This document shows, in pieces, positions 24,308-24,961 of a stretch of DNA of 24,961 nt. The notes below the pieces were generated by a model, which was not told the origin of the DNA, searched no databases, and saw nothing but the letters and a program-made list of their open reading frames with translations. A program made the translations under genes and the position numbers. Source of the stretch: a virus (lineage: Duplodnaviria; Caudoviricetes). The stretch covers positions 1 to 24,961 of IMG/VR virus record IMGVR_UViG_3300047561_001655. One strand, written 5' to 3'. Within the stretch, counting starts at the first letter, position 1. Each line of letters starts with the position of its first letter.

Positions 24308-24907
24308 TCATGCCTCTTGAAGTTTCGTCATAAGACGGGTGCAATAATCCGTGATCCATAAGTTCACTTCCTCTGTCTTTAACATTTCAAGACGGGAAGG
24401 CGCTGTGCGCATTAGATCATCCAGACCAGAACGCATCTCACGAAACACCCGGTCCATAGCTTCCACGTGGGTAGACTTTGGCATCACAAACCCAGCGGCG
24501 GTACGGGCTCGTTCGTAATCATTGTGCCGTTTGATTGCGTTGTCCTGTAATTTTGGCAAAACAGAAAAGGCACCGCGCATCCTCATCGGATCTTTGTCTT
24601 CTGATGCCTCAATTAATTCATTTACACATGCCCAAACAAAGCGGGCCGCCGCGTCGGCATGCCTTCTATACTCAGCTACCCCGTGATCTTCACCTGGTTG
24701 AATCGGTTCCATGGAGGGCCGGTCTGTATGAACAGCGGCGTGGGCCGCCACGGCCGCGGCTAACTTAACTCTAGGTGCACGCTGACCGTGAACTGATCGC
24801 CAAGCCGTAGCTTCTTCAATCGTTGTAAGAGGCATGCCCTTAGCAACCCACTTGGCTACTGCCTGTCTGGAGCATCCCCATTCACTCGCAACGTCTTGAG
24901 CGGTCAT
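24308..24907 (-). CDS. Terminase small subunit (Nu1-like N-terminal HTH)
   Basis: MTAQDVASEWGCSRQAVAKWVAKGMP HTH, directly upstream of TerL. ATG at 24907 has TTGACA 14 nt upstream. Confidence 0.8.
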   Translation of the reverse strand: MTAQDVASEWGCSRQAVAKWVAKGMPLTTIEEATAWRSVHGQRAPRVKLAAAVAAHAAVHTDRPSMEPIQPGEDHGVAEYRRHADAAARFVWACVNELIEASEDKDPMRMRGAFSVLPKLQDNAIKRHNDYERARTAAGFVMPKSTHVEAMDRVFREMRSGLDDLMRTAPSRLEMLKTEEVNLWITDYCTRLMTKLQEA

Positions 24908-24927
24908 TTTACAGGGCAACTTGTCAA
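24905..24927 (-). promoter_or_regulatory. TTGACA-N14-ATG element (terS)
   Basis: Minus strand TTGACA AGTTGCCCTGTAAA ATG. Confidence 0.6.
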
Positions 24928-24961
24928 CCTAAGGCGGAAGCTAAGTTCCTCGCGTTTTTAT

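Larger units (their letters stand above)
1..24961 (-). mobile_element. Tailed phage/prophage late region (siphovirus-like, lambda-type packaging)
   Basis: Continuous terminase-portal-protease-capsid-tail-lysis synteny. No integrase or host genes are in the window, so free phage versus prophage cannot be decided. Confidence 0.95.

Noticed and set aside
88-24768. Numerous plus-strand ORFs in the track (e.g. 2450-3151, 4500-5057, 19072-19599)
   Set aside because: They are antisense shadows of well-supported minus-strand genes with no recognisable motifs. Only 12544-12810 occupies free space and has a signal peptide.
2453-24927. Reading the TTGACA copies as ordinary sigma70 -35 boxes
   Set aside because: A -10 box 17 nt downstream would lie within the coding sequence and the transcript would miss the ATG. 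Kept as a non-canonical element instead.
24928-24961. cos site upstream of terS
   Set aside because: Expected near here for lambda-type terminases, but the window ends and no diagnostic sequence can be supported.

Overview
The window is the virion-morphogenesis and lysis arm of a tailed phage or prophage, read almost entirely on the minus strand (right to left). The order is: lambda-type terminase small and large subunits, head-completion protein, lambda-family portal, an inserted membrane gene, prohead protease/scaffold, major capsid, head-tail connector, a ~5 kb enzyme cassette, a non-contractile (siphovirus-type) tail module with a -1 frameshift chaperone, a short tape measure, tail-tip/fibre genes, a lysis cluster (holin candidates, two-component spanin, M15 endolysin), a putative NTP pyrophosphohydrolase, a metallophosphoesterase and a winged-helix protein. 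The spanin pair implies a diderm (Gram-negative-type) host. The most striking element is the cassette between head and tail genes (12800-17763): GT2-TPR-GT2 glycosyltransferase, GT9-like glycosyltransferase, minimal split ThDP-dependent E1-beta/E1-alpha-like pair and a radical SAM/SPASM-twitch enzyme. I infer a virion-glycosylation system that may build a branched sugar. Three recurrent non-coding signals also stand out: TTGACA 13-17 nt (mostly 14) before start codons of structural genes, including an internal scaffold start; TTGCC(A/C) exactly 28 nt before both moron-like genes; and hairpin + GAAATCCT at gene junctions. All calls come from reading motifs and synteny by eye; no database searches were run.
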